Source of the DNA: Tubulanus polymorphus
Taxonomy: Eukaryota; Animalia; Nemertea
Length of the DNA stretch: 64,000 bases
Assembly (NCBI RefSeq): GCF_964204645.1
Contig: NC_134030.1
Location: forward strand, 14,010,010 to 14,074,009
Reading direction: 5' to 3'
The notes below the pieces were generated by a model. The model had not been told where the DNA came from, made no database searches, and worked only from the letters and a program-made list of their open reading frames with translations. The position numbers were made by a program, and so were the translations under genes. Shown piece by piece: positions 40,147 to 51,309 of the stretch (the first letter of the stretch is position 1; the number at the start of each line of letters is the position of its first letter).

Positions 40147-41007
40147 TCACTCTTCACGGCGACGTTGATGAATCTCCCGGCAGATGTTGCAGAGTTCGCA
40201 CTCGATGTCGTGGGTCTTCGTAAATTCGGTCTTTATCTCTGACTCAAACATAACATGAGTGTGTAGCTTCTGTCCCGTCTTTTCGGCGAGTCGTTGAGAG
40301 AGTCCAGCTATGTCTCGGCACATCATACAGAATAAACATTGAGGTAAATCGTCTGGGTGGTGCATGATTTCGATAGTGGACATGTACATAGAATGTACAT
40401 GTTTCTTGGCATTCGGATGATGATAAGTTAGTTCTGATGACGGAATGACGGAGGGTTGAGGAATAATGACTGGCTTCTGTAATTCGGATGACGGAGTGGC
40501 AGCAGGTCGAGAAATGGTCGCAGGTTTGACGGCTGATGATGGAGTGGTAAACGGAAGTGAGGACGTAGCTAAAATATTGTCCATCACTGGATTCTTCGTG
40601 ACGACACGACGTTCAGGCGTGACGGCTGCCTTCAGAGTTGATGGTTCGCCTCGCTTGGCTATCTCGGTCGCAACAAAATTCAAAAATGAGGTCTTCGGTG
40701 GCGGCGGACCTGACACATCTGGAAACACTGGCTCCGAAATAGACACGTCGTCAATTGGTGCTAAATCATCTGATGTGATCAACTCCGAAATACTTCTACC
40801 AATAGTATTGTCACGATGCTTCTTCTTGATATGTGTGCGGGTGGTGTCATATGCTTTGGACGAGTAGTTGCAGATCTTGCATCGAAAACTTTCGTTCTCA
40901 CGATCAGGGTTTTTATCGCATACTCGCAGATGTCTGCTTCGACTCGTCGATATAGAAAACCTGCCATTGCAGTACTTACATGACCATTTTTCAACTTCCG
41001 ACTTCAT
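40147..41007 (-). CDS. ORF3 of element C: double zinc-finger protein (286 aa)
   Basis: CKYC-x12-H-x3-C, CKIC-x12-H-x4-H, P/S/T-rich middle, two tandem HxH-x18-CxxC modules; tttttattttccag|tactATG. Confidence 0.88.
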   Translation of the reverse strand: MKSEVEKWSCKYCNGRFSISTSRSRHLRVCDKNPDRENESFRCKICNYSSKAYDTTRTHIKKKHRDNTIGRSISELITSDDLAPIDDVSISEPVFPDVSGPPPPKTSFLNFVATEIAKRGEPSTLKAAVTPERRVVTKNPVMDNILATSSLPFTTPSSAVKPATISRPAATPSSELQKPVIIPQPSVIPSSELTYHHPNAKKHVHSMYMSTIEIMHHPDDLPQCLFCMMCRDIAGLSQRLAEKTGQKLHTHVMFESEIKTEFTKTHDIECELCNICREIHQRRREE

Positions 41008-41064
41008 AGTACTGGAAAATAAAAATACATGCGAGTATTAATTAGCAGCCTGAATTGCTAAGGC

Positions 41065-41586
41065 TTATAAAAGCCATTCGCCGAAGCGATCTGGACGTCT
41101 CGTCTGTCGGCCTGAGGATGTTATGACCGGCTGTATAAATCTTGCAATCGTAGTACTCCAGAAATCCATCCCTATAATGACTTGATTTGAAATCTCAGCT
41201 ACTACAAATTCCCAGGGTGTCGGTTTGTTGAAAATATTAATATTGGCACAAACTTGACCAAAGACTTTAAGTGAAGTTCCATTAGCTGCGCATAAATTGA
41301 AATCGCACGTGGAAAGTGAATCGCGAGTAATGGCGTCGAGCGTGTTGAAAACATCGTGACTTAAAACAGAAATACAGGCTCCAGTGTCAATTAAACAATC
41401 GACCTGTCTGCCTATAAATCTACCCTCGACGATTATGTTCGAGTCTGCTTTGCCGAATCGTTTATCTGTAGGCCTAACGCTTAATTTGACTATTGGTTTA
41501 TCGATTTCAGGATGAAGTGGTTTTGATGAGAGCTCTACTGTCTGGGCTGATTTGGCTCTCCTCGGACCAGCCGTTGTCCGTTTCCC
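41065..41586 (-). CDS. pol: Protease-only pol remnant of element C (-1 frame, no own start codon)
   Basis: Manual translation is open from G GGA AAC through CLIDTGAC...IIGMDF into the pol tail VITSSGRQTRRPDRF, TAA at 41067-41065. Confidence 0.8.
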   Translation of the reverse strand, partial: GKRTTAGPRRAKSAQTVELSSKPLHPEIDKPIVKLSVRPTDKRFGKADSNIIVEGRFIGRQVDCLIDTGACISVLSHDVFNTLDAITRDSLSTCDFNLCAANGTSLKVFGQVCANINIFNKPTPWEFVVAEISNQVIIGMDFWSTTIARFIQPVITSSGRQTRRPDRFGEWLL

Positions 41587-44356
41587 TGACGATTTGAATA
41601 AAGAAGTTTCCAGTTTCTAGGGGTCATTTTGTGGCGGTCCCTCAGGTCCCCATTGTTGCGATAATTTGCGCTCATTTTCGAAACATAAGTTTAGATTGAA
41701 TATCTTATAGTTCTGCAGTCCCTTGCTCGATGAACTGAATTTATATACCATTTTGAAGGAAATGAAATGCAGATCTTTGTTAGTGATTCTTGGAATTTTT
41801 GAACGCTGCGATTGAGAACAGTAACGATATGAAACCAAGGACCGCATATCTTAACCGCGCGTAAAGGGAATCGCGATATTTATTAATTTTGAAATATTTA
41901 AGTATATCTTGAAGCTTTATTTCCAATTTTCACAGAGGTTAAAGAGGGTTATTTGCAGTTTAGGCCTGTTTAAAAATTTTTTTAACATCTTTCCTGGGGA
42001 CTGATCTGTACCCGCTTGAGTTTGAGATTACGCGCAAAAGGGGTCTTCCACTGCGCATTGCCATTTCACCGAACATTGAGATTTGCGAAAAGAAATCGAA
42101 AAAATAAGATTTTATACTGGTTTGATATCATTAATATTGCTTCTTATGGTTATATATTACCTTTATTTTCGTATGATTAAAAATGGACGTTGAGTGCTTT
42201 GAGGAATTCGAGTTTTGTAGCGTTGGGAAATTGAAGGATTTCTTGTAAGAGTGGGGACGTTCTGTGTTGGTTTCAAAGGTGGCCTAGTTGAGAGCCTAAT
42301 TTGCTTTTCAACAAAATGTACCACTCATGGATGGACACTAGAACAAAATCTAAGTTTTTATATATTTTTGAATATGTGGCGCAGCTTAAAGTAGCCCAAC
42401 TGGACGTTGACCCCCTAAAACAGAATATCAAATGGGGGACAGGGCCCCTTTAAATACGAAATTGGAATTTTATATCAGCAAGGTTATCTGGTCGATGTTT
42501 TCCAGCAAGAAGGTTGAGATTCAGTAAATTCATCGTATGATCCCAGGATTAGGGATTACCAGATAGAGATATGTGAAATATGTGAGAAATATATGAGTAT
42601 TGAAATATGTCCTAAGCGTTTAAATTGACTGGCACATTTCACCATCGACTCTAAAACGTTTTGGGCCCATGATTTCACCGAACACAAAATCGGCGCTAGG
42701 CTGGACGGGCTGCATGCGACAATTCCCCAATGGTCAGTTCACACTTCAATAGCGGGACAAACCGGATCCCGAAACCAGATTAACGAATTGCCCCCGCCAA
42801 AATACGGTACAAACAAGATATGGATTATAATCTCAAAATATCCCCATGGAAATGTGAAGAAATCAAATTGTATTTAAATATTTCTTGTCGCAAATCTCAA
42901 TGTTCAGTGAAATTGCAATGCGCAGTGGGAGACCCGTTTTGCGCGTAATCTCAAACTCAAGCGGGTACAGATCAGTCGTCAGCAAAGCTATTCAAAAGAT
43001 TTTAACACTGGCTTAAACTGCAAATAACCCTCTTTAACCTCTATGAAAATAGGAAATTACAGCTTCAAGCTATACTTATATATTTCAAAATCAATAAATA
43101 TTGCGATTTCTTTTACGCGCGGTTAAGATATGCGGTCCTTGGTTTCACATCGTCACTGTTCTCAATTGTTGCATTCAAAAATTCCAAGAATCGCCAACAA
43201 ATATCTGCATTTCATTTCCTTTAAAATGGTGTATAAATTAAGTTCATCGAGCAAGGGACTGCAGAACTATGTGATATTCAATCTAAACTTATGTTTTAAA
43301 AATGAGCTCAAATTATCGCAACAGTGGGGACCTCGAGGAACCGCCACAAAATGGCGCCTGGAAACTGGAAACTTCTTTATTGGAAACTCTACAGAATCGA
43401 GCAATGTGTCCCATCTCGCCGCAGTTATAACATTTGACGTCTTTCTTCTGTTCTCCGCGCCTAAACTGATCTCGGGGACCATTACCGTTCATCATTACGG
43501 TCTTCACCATGCTGCTGAGTTCTGACACTTGATGTTTCAACTCTCGAAGTTCACTGTGATCGTCGAGCTTAACCGAGTTAACATGGCCACGACTTCCTCG
43601 TTCACGGTCGTCTTCAAGCTTGGTAAAGCCTTCCAGCTCAACTGCCAATCGAACCAACTCATTTAGATTCTCGCACCTGCTTCTGAACAGCTGCATTCGC
43701 AAATCGCGGTCATCTAATGCGTCGATAAAATGGGTTCTGATCATTCGATCACGCTGACGAGAATCAAGGTCTGGATACGCTCTCGCTGATAACGTGGTAA
43801 GAGCTTGGGCTAACTCACGTAACGTCTCATTTCGTCTTCGTTTTCTATTTCTAATCTCAGCCAAGAATAACTCTGCCTGATTTCCATAACCGAATCTACT
43901 GTCGAGTATTCTATTCAGTTCGTGATAATTGGAACGATCACATGCCGGGACTGCACACGCCAACTGTCGAGCAGGACCACGAAGTGATGCAAACAAGTAG
44001 TCTGCTTTCGTTTCATCGTTCCAACCATTAATTCGTGCCACCGTTTCGAAGACTTGACTGTAGTCTTGCCAGGGAGTTTCGTCAGAGTACAATTCGGGCT
44101 TCATCTTGCAGACACTAAAAGACGAATCTCGTTGATACGGTCGTACGTCACTGGAAACTGGAACATGTTGAAATCTCTCGCGTTCATCCTCAGACGGTAG
44201 ATCATGCAGCATATCACCAGCAGCTTCTCTGCGCATGACGACGGGTTCCATCATCACACGATTCTCTGATGGACTTGAACTGCGGGATCTCCGATGGTCA
44301 CCATTTGAGCCACAGATCTCTTTATTTCTAACTATAGATCTCGTTTCCATTCTCAA
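41535..44356 (-). pseudogene. gag: gag of element C, split by the DNA transposon just after the CCHC knuckle
   Basis: KPELYSD..W.DY..VFE block; CYNCGEMGHIARFC; resumes SNRQGNGQRLVRGEPNQPRQ* at 41597-41535. Confidence 0.9.
41600..43378. mobile_element. Non-autonomous TIR transposon, probably ISL2EU-type, inserted in gag of C
   Basis: ~490-bp TIRs starting AAAGAAGTTTCCAG; an AT dinucleotide TSD restores the gag frame; decayed SAP-like coding remnant at ~42182-42330. Confidence 0.75.
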
Positions 44357-44548
44357 ACCTAATACGTTGATGTATACTTAAAATAATGGAAAGAAATCAT
44401 CTATATGTGCATATACGTTTTCGAGTCAAGTTTCAAGATAGGCCTAGTTCATGACTATTGAACACCAGGCCCGATAACGAGTGTTTCTCGTCCGAAGCTG
44501 GGCACAAGCTGAATAGGAGGAACGTCGCATCATCGAAAAATATAAATA

Positions 44549-44566
44549 ATCCCACCGCTGCCACCA
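44549..44566 (-). promoter_or_regulatory. PBS (tRNA-Leu) of element C
   Basis: Same 18-mer as in A and B. Confidence 0.9.
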
Positions 44567-44569
44567 TTT

Positions 44570-46538
44570 TGTAGCGGATTTGGGTAGTAGCGTGGTCCAA
44601 ATCCGTAGGCGTCCGCTACGGGGTCCGTCCCGGGTCACCTTACTTCGGGGAGTGAAGTAAAGAAGGAGCTGCCCTAAACTGCAGCTTCCCCGGGAAAAGG
44701 ATTCATTCGTCAAAAATACTAAAAGTCGAGGATTATCTGTTGTAAAAAAGGTTTGTCAACTCCACTGTTGTTGCTCCTGCTTTCCCCATGACTCCAGGTT
44801 ATCTGGCCAGAATAACCACCCCAGCCCCACCTCTTGATGGACCGCGTTCGGAGGATTTCATCATAAAAATATCCATCTAGGGCTCAGTCATGACTCCTTC
44901 CAAGTGCGTTCCGTTGCACAATATCGTCCCCCCGTACAATCTCGCAGGATATCTCGCAACAACTAGTCTAGACCTCACATATCTTCAACCTCACAGTCTC
45001 GAACTAATAAAAACAAAACCACGAATGATGCGACTCTTCTCTCCTCATGTTCCTTCTTCAGACGTTCAAAAACATAACAGACTCGCCATGTAGAAAATAT
45101 ACGTACAATAGCCATGTCATTAGGCCATTTATTAGGTCGATAAATACAGCATCAACAGGACATTTCCATAGTACAGGACCATGAAAAAAATGCATACAAA
45201 CTGCTCTCAACCTCGCTCTAAGAGGTTTAACCAATTATTATAAATACATGTATTGCGAAAATCGCAATAAAATATCATGGTGACAGATGGAAATCGCAGT
45301 ATCAGCTTCAATAGGCTATCAAAGCTGGAGAGAAAGCGATTAAGTTCACCCAGCTTCAGAGTTGAAGCAAGGAATGCTTCAGATGCTTTGAAATAAGGAT
45401 CTCAGGTAGAAAGCTTCAAATCATGCTTTCAGACGACTGCCAAAGTAACTATTCAGCTAGGCTGTATAAAATTCGTAATGAAGTTTGAAGCATCACAAAG
45501 CTGGAAAGCTTGATGCTTTAAGAAACGTGCTTCGCATCACAAAAGCTGAGATCTTTAGTCTATGTACACGATAATTCGAATCTTCTCTATCTACATGATA
45601 ATTGTAGTTGAAGCATCTAAAAAATGAAAGCTTCAAAGCATCCTTCATGCTTCACGGGAACATGCTTCACCATAAAGTTATTTGATTCTATCTACAAACA
45701 TACGATACTTCACATCGATTATAGCTGAAGCATCTTAAAAGTGAAAGCTTCAAAGCATCATTGCTTCACCATAATAAAGTTGTTTCATTCCATCTACATG
45801 CGATACTTCATGACGATTAGTTGAAGCATCTCAAAGCATCTCAAAGCTGAATGCTTCAAAAGTAAGGGTCTGGAAAACGATTCCCATATGTCACCATCCA
45901 TGACGAAATAGCTTATAATACGCTGTCGTTAGAAATATAATTTAATTCTAACCATGTTCTATGCAATTGCTCACCGAATAAAGGTAGTCAGTCAGCCGAT
46001 CTTCAAATAAATATCTTCAGTTTGCTTGCTTTATAACTTGACGTAAGTTGACAATCAAGTTGTTATTACTGAGCAGCCGAACTGTCACACTTATATAGAG
46101 GCGCGGCGTGACGTCACAACAAAAACAAAGGCTCTAATTGGCCGAGAGACGCGAAGCATGACGTCACGCAACAAAAAAAGCCGCGATTGGCTAGAAAAAC
46201 ACGTGCAGCGACGAGCGCACAACAACAAAGGCTGTGGTTGGTTGAAAAACCACAGCGAGGCTCAGCTCTGCACATAAATTATTGAACCACGGGAATCGAA
46301 CCCGCACGGATAAATATTATGAAAACCGCAAGAACTACGCGAATAGAAGTGAAAATAGAAGTCCCGCGACAGAAATAAAGGTAGATAAATCACTCAAATG
46401 TGAATCTATCCACCCCGCGCCTATATGGTTTAATTAATACAACGCGACATCGCATAAGAAAGGAAGGCAAATGAAGAGAGGGGAGGACACCGAAGCGAAA
46501 GAAAACAACAAATCAAATCAAAATCAATTTTCGCTACA
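44570..46538 (-). repeat. 5' LTR of element C
   Basis: Direct repeat of 37884-39854; TATA-like, two TGACGTCA and CCAAT motifs at ~46090-46190. Confidence 0.96.
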
Positions 46539-46659
46539 GACGGACTTTCGTCGAAACTTGCGGGCCGCGTCGCGCGGGTAGTTTAAATACGTGAATGAAG
46601 GATAACAAAACGATTTTGTGTAATTTTCAGAATATTTACAAAGAATATTCACGAAATAT

Positions 46660-48720
46660 TGAAGCGGAACACCGGGATTCGGGGTAGCGTGCTCTGGCAA
46701 GTGACTGCAAAAATATACTTCCGTTTCCGTTAAAATTCATAATGTCAAGTCTAAGGTCTCAACTCTCGGAATTTCCTCGACCAAGAGGGAATACAGGTAA
46801 CTCTCTCTCTCTCTCTCTTTCTGTAATCCTATACATTTAAGGAAAAAGTTGCATATAGGCGTCGCTTCTAGGGTTCGCTCACGTCACTAGCATCTGGGAG
46901 GTAGAGAAGCTAGAAGGGGAAAATTCTCTTGTTTTCCTCCATGAGATTTAACGCGCAAAAATATGTCAAGTCTTCCTCTGGTGAGTGAGAATACTTAAAG
47001 GAGTCCTAATTCTCAGTGATAAGTCATAATTGTAACACGGGTGACTGAATGTCCTCACAAATCACCCATGAAAAAGGCGTGTGCATGTATGAAAAACTGT
47101 GACCAAAAGAATTAATAGAAGAATCATGAATGAGTCAAATAAGATAAAAATCCCCTAGCTTTCTCTCCGACTGAGGAGGAAATACAGGACTGCGTCCAGC
47201 GCTACAAGTATTTCCAGCCTCCACAGCCGACCTGATCAGGCGTTTAGCTTCAAAAAGAATAATAGATACCAACTAAATAAAACGAGGAGCATTCACCAAT
47301 ATTTGGCCTCTCCCACTAGAGGGTGCCCTCAATGCTTCCCCTTTTTGAAGACTTACATGATGCCCTAAACTCTCCAACCCACAAGATTCTTCAAGAATAT
47401 TTTATGGTGTCACAGAATCCCAAAAATGCACAAGAAAATCCTTTCCTCAATTGATAGTAAATCCGACACCACAAAAATAGTTTAGGGAAAAAGGCAAAGA
47501 TTTAGAATTTTATGTATATGATAATATTCTCTTGAATACTATTTATTATTTCTTGGAAATATTCGAACAATGAACAATATATACACAACCTCGAGGTTAT
47601 CTCTTATTTACAACATTTAAGGTAGATAAGATGGCCAACCGGCCACCAAAGGAGGAGATTAACAAGGGCATATTGCCCTTAATACAAGTGCACGACTCGC
47701 ACCAGAATTCAATAGTATTAGGAATAAAGATTTCAGATATTCTAACATTACGACTCAATAATAGTTACTTAAACCAGGGAAGTGTGATGATCACATCACA
47801 CTTCCCTGCTTAAACCCTGCGCTCGTTTTACGCTAAAGAAGATGTAACTCTAAGTGCTCTTAATAAAGATAAGAATTTTCGCTATATTTAATCATAGTTC
47901 CAGTTAAGTATTTATTTAATCATTCTTCCTATTATGTTTATGTAAGAGATGGTCACTACTCCGAAAACTCAAAAGTTGAGGGAAAAACCAAGAGAGGAAA
48001 TCGGAAAGAAGAATACTTTCGGGGAATAATTCGAAGGAGAAAACCTCCTTGAACCCTGAAAGATTGTTTTCCGAAAACATCTTGGAAGAAAAACAACTTT
48101 GAGAATAAGGACCAAGAAATACTTAAAGAGAATCAGTGCTAAGTATGACTTACTAAGAAAATTAGATTAATCCCTCCCCCCATAGTTCAAAATCTTAGTA
48201 ATACACACCTAAGAATGTGCACCGAGACTAATTAATAAAGCACATTTTTGCCTTTTATAGAGCCCAGATTATGACGTAACCCCATCTAATTGGTTAAAAC
48301 AAAGCACCCCGAGCACACAATATAATTAAGAACCGTATAGTGGCGCCATCTCGGGCACAGAGCACAGCATAAAAATATCGATTTAAGCACGGGAACATCG
48401 ATTAAGGCACATTAACTCGAAAAATACAAACCGGGAGTGACCCGAACACATAGAAAAGGTCTTTAGGTACAGTTTTTGAATTCAGATTAAATCATACAAT
48501 ATTTCATTAAGATAGAAATGAAAATAGTTTCTAATCCACCAGACCGAAGTCCAAAGCATTAAACATTCTTGTCTCAGAGTTACAAATACATTATAAGGTT
48601 TTATTTTACATCATACAAACTTTTAATAGGAATTTAATATGAATTTTAGACTGAGCTGGGGAGGACTCTGCAGCTGGAAAATAAAAAGAACAGAACGAAG
48701 TGAAACGAATTTCCGCTACA
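46660..48720 (-). mobile_element. Solo LTR of family A
   Basis: Full-length reverse complement of 10724-12743; 4-bp TSD ATAT; empty site visible at ~49880. Confidence 0.96.
47775..47808. mobile_element. 34-bp palindromic insert with 7-bp TSD (P-element-like excision footprint)
   Basis: CTTAAAC-cagggaagtgtgatg atca catcacacttccctg-CTTAAAC; absent from the other two LTR-A copies. Confidence 0.75.
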
Positions 48721-51183
48721 ATATTGTCAAAGAAATGTCATATTTAGTTCGTATTTCTCCGTAGAAACCGATTGGAAGACTGGATTCGAATCCCACAAAA
48801 AGCACAGTCCCTTAGCAACGGGTCGAATTTTTTTTAGAATAACAAGAGCGCCGGTTTCACAGCATCACTAAGGGTCGAGTCCCGGAGAATAACGCGCGCG
48901 CGGTTCGCGTGTTACAAAATGACCGTCCCGCTCCACACAAGTACTGAATAATTAACTCAGAATTTTGCCAATCCCTGGGAGTAAAATGCCGTGCGTTTTT
49001 TAACATATCGTATCTTTATGTGTTTTTTACTCCCGTTTTTCAAACGTTATTCCCCTTTTCCGTTTCGAGTAAAATTCGCTATCATCCGTACCGTATTTAA
49101 AATACCGTTGTTCCATTAACAAATCTTTAGTGTAAAACATATAAAACTATTGAAGCCATGAGATTTAATGTAGAAATCTGACATTTTTAAACTACAGAAA
49201 AATTTATTTTCGTATAATCGATAAAACCATAGGCTCTCAATACGTAATCAACATTCCCAAACTCCCACGTTGTTTTGCGCAAAAAATGATTTTTTTCTTT
49301 TTTAATCTTCAAATTTCTTGTGTAAAACATATAAAACTGTTAAAGCCGTTCGTAGAACATATCTGGCGATACAGGAAGATTTATTGTCGTAAAACAAACA
49401 AGGCTTTCAATTTGTAATCAACACTCCCAAAGCATGTTTTTTTCGCAAAAATGAATTCCTTTTCTATACATGTATTTGATCACGGCGAATCTTCGCTCGA
49501 TGAGACTTCGACATTTTGGGTGATTTTCTTTGGCCACGGACCACGTCGAACACAGGTGCCCCCGCAAAACCTATTTTTTTACAATGTAGAATTCTATATT
49601 CTTGAAGTTGCCGAAAGGGCACTCGCCTCTATTTATTCATTAAAACTTAAGACTGGCTGTGCGCTTCACCAAGTTTCGACTTTGACATATTAAGCGCAAA
49701 AAGTGTAGTTTACATCCGGGACACATGGGCATTGGCTAAAGCGTGGCAACGAAAATGACGGTCACGGACGGACTTTCGTCGAAACTTGCGGGCCGCGTCG
49801 CGCGGGTAGTTTAAATACGTCAATGAAGGATAACAAAATGATTATGTGTAATTTTCAGAATATTTACAAAGAATATTCACAAAATAATATCAAAAAATGT
49901 TATTTTTAGTTCGTATTTCTCCGTAGAAACCGATTGGAAGACTGGATTCGAATCCCACAAAAAGCACAGTCCCTTAGCAACGGGTCGAATTTTTTAGAAT
50001 AACAAGCGCGCCGGTTTCACAGCATCACTAAGGGTCGAGTCCCGGAGAATAAGGAGCGCGCGCGGTCTGCGTTTTGCAAACCGTTCCGATACAAACGAAC
50101 ACTGAATAATAACTCAGAATTTTGCCAATCCCTGCCGTGTGATAAAATGCGTTTTTTAACATATCTTATCTTTTTTACGTGTCTTTAACTCCCGTTTTTG
50201 AAACTTTATTCCCTGCTTGCGTATCGAGTAAAATTCGTATACATAACACTATAATCCATCAAATATCGTTGTTCCACCCATGCGACCCGTTGTACTACTT
50301 AGGAACAAATTTTTAGGGTAAAACATATAAAACTATTGAAGCTATGAGATTTAATGTAGAAATCTGACGATTTTTAACTAAGGCTTACAGAAAAATTTAT
50401 TCTCGTATATTCGATAAAACAATAGGCTTTCGATTTGTAATCAACATTCCCCAAACTCCCACGTTGTTTTTTCGCAGAAAATGATTTCCATAATTCGCTC
50501 GGAGATCTATCATATTTTGGGTGATTTTCTTCGGTCACGCCTTTGGTACCTTCGTTCAGCAAAACCTACGTTCTTTACAATGTTGAACTTGGGAACAAGT
50601 CTTGTGTAAAACATATAAAACTATTAAAGATTTAATGTAGAACATCGACGATACATTAAGATTTATTCTCGTATGAACGATAGAACAAAAAAGGCTTTCA
50701 CAATTTGTAATCAACATTCGCAAAGCATGTTTTTTTCGCAAAAATGAATTTCTTTTCTAATGATCACGGCGAACCTTCGCTCATATATCTTCGATATCTA
50801 AAGTGATTTTCTTTGGCCACAGGCCCACGCCGAACATAGAATACCTTCAACAAAACCTATGTTTTTTACAATGTAGAATTCTATATGAGTTGGGAAGAGC
50901 CACTCGCCTCTATCTATTTATTAAAACTCAAGTCGGCTGTGCGCTTCACCAAGTTTCGACTTTGACATATTATTCATCATGCTATATCTAAATATTGATA
51001 TTACATTTTTTTATCAATGTGGAAATAACTGAGAAAAACTTATTTAGATAACTTGAGTATGGATAACTAATCTCAAAAGTTTTGCTCTAAAAAACTATTA
51101 GAACTTATTAACTATGGGCGCAATAAAACTATTGTATTGCATTGGCCATATGTCCTTTTCCGCATATTCCGCACAACACTGAC

Positions 51184-51214
51184 ATTGCCATTGACAACGG
51201 CTGAACCCGGAAGT
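51184..51214 (+). promoter_or_regulatory. Candidate RFX X-box and ETS site of the TRAF3IP1 promoter
   Basis: attgccattgacaac (51184-51198) and ccggaagt (51207-51214), ~100-125 bp upstream of the ATG. Confidence 0.5.
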
Positions 51215-51309
51215 ACGCAGTGTATTCTGGACTAGAATTCCGGAATTCCGAGGTAAAGTGTCGAGACGTTTTTTTTCGCCTAATTTGAAACTGGGTGAAG
51301 CGCGGCGTC

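Larger units (their letters stand above)
37884..46538 (-). mobile_element. Ty3/Gypsy LTR element C, internally deleted (gag-PR-ORF3, no RT/RH/IN)
   Basis: Two near-identical LTRs, 4-bp TSD GACG, PBS 44549-44566, PPT ~39857-39873; empty site visible at ~49760. Confidence 0.96.
35870..50970 (+). mobile_element. Head-to-tail array of three Helentron-type elements (family 3, ~1.3-kb unit); middle unit expanded by nested insertions
   Basis: 3' end ggctgtgcgcttcaccaagtttcgactttgacatatt at ~36523, ~49655, ~50935; 5' end taagcgcacagc plus gcgccgaaggcgc hairpin at ~36563. Confidence 0.7.

Noticed and set aside
18162-41007. ORF3 intact while gag/pol are broken, as proof of host domestication
   Set aside because: With roughly one lesion per 1-2 kb, survival of 0.8-1 kb ORFs is plausible by chance; dN/dS and orthology are needed
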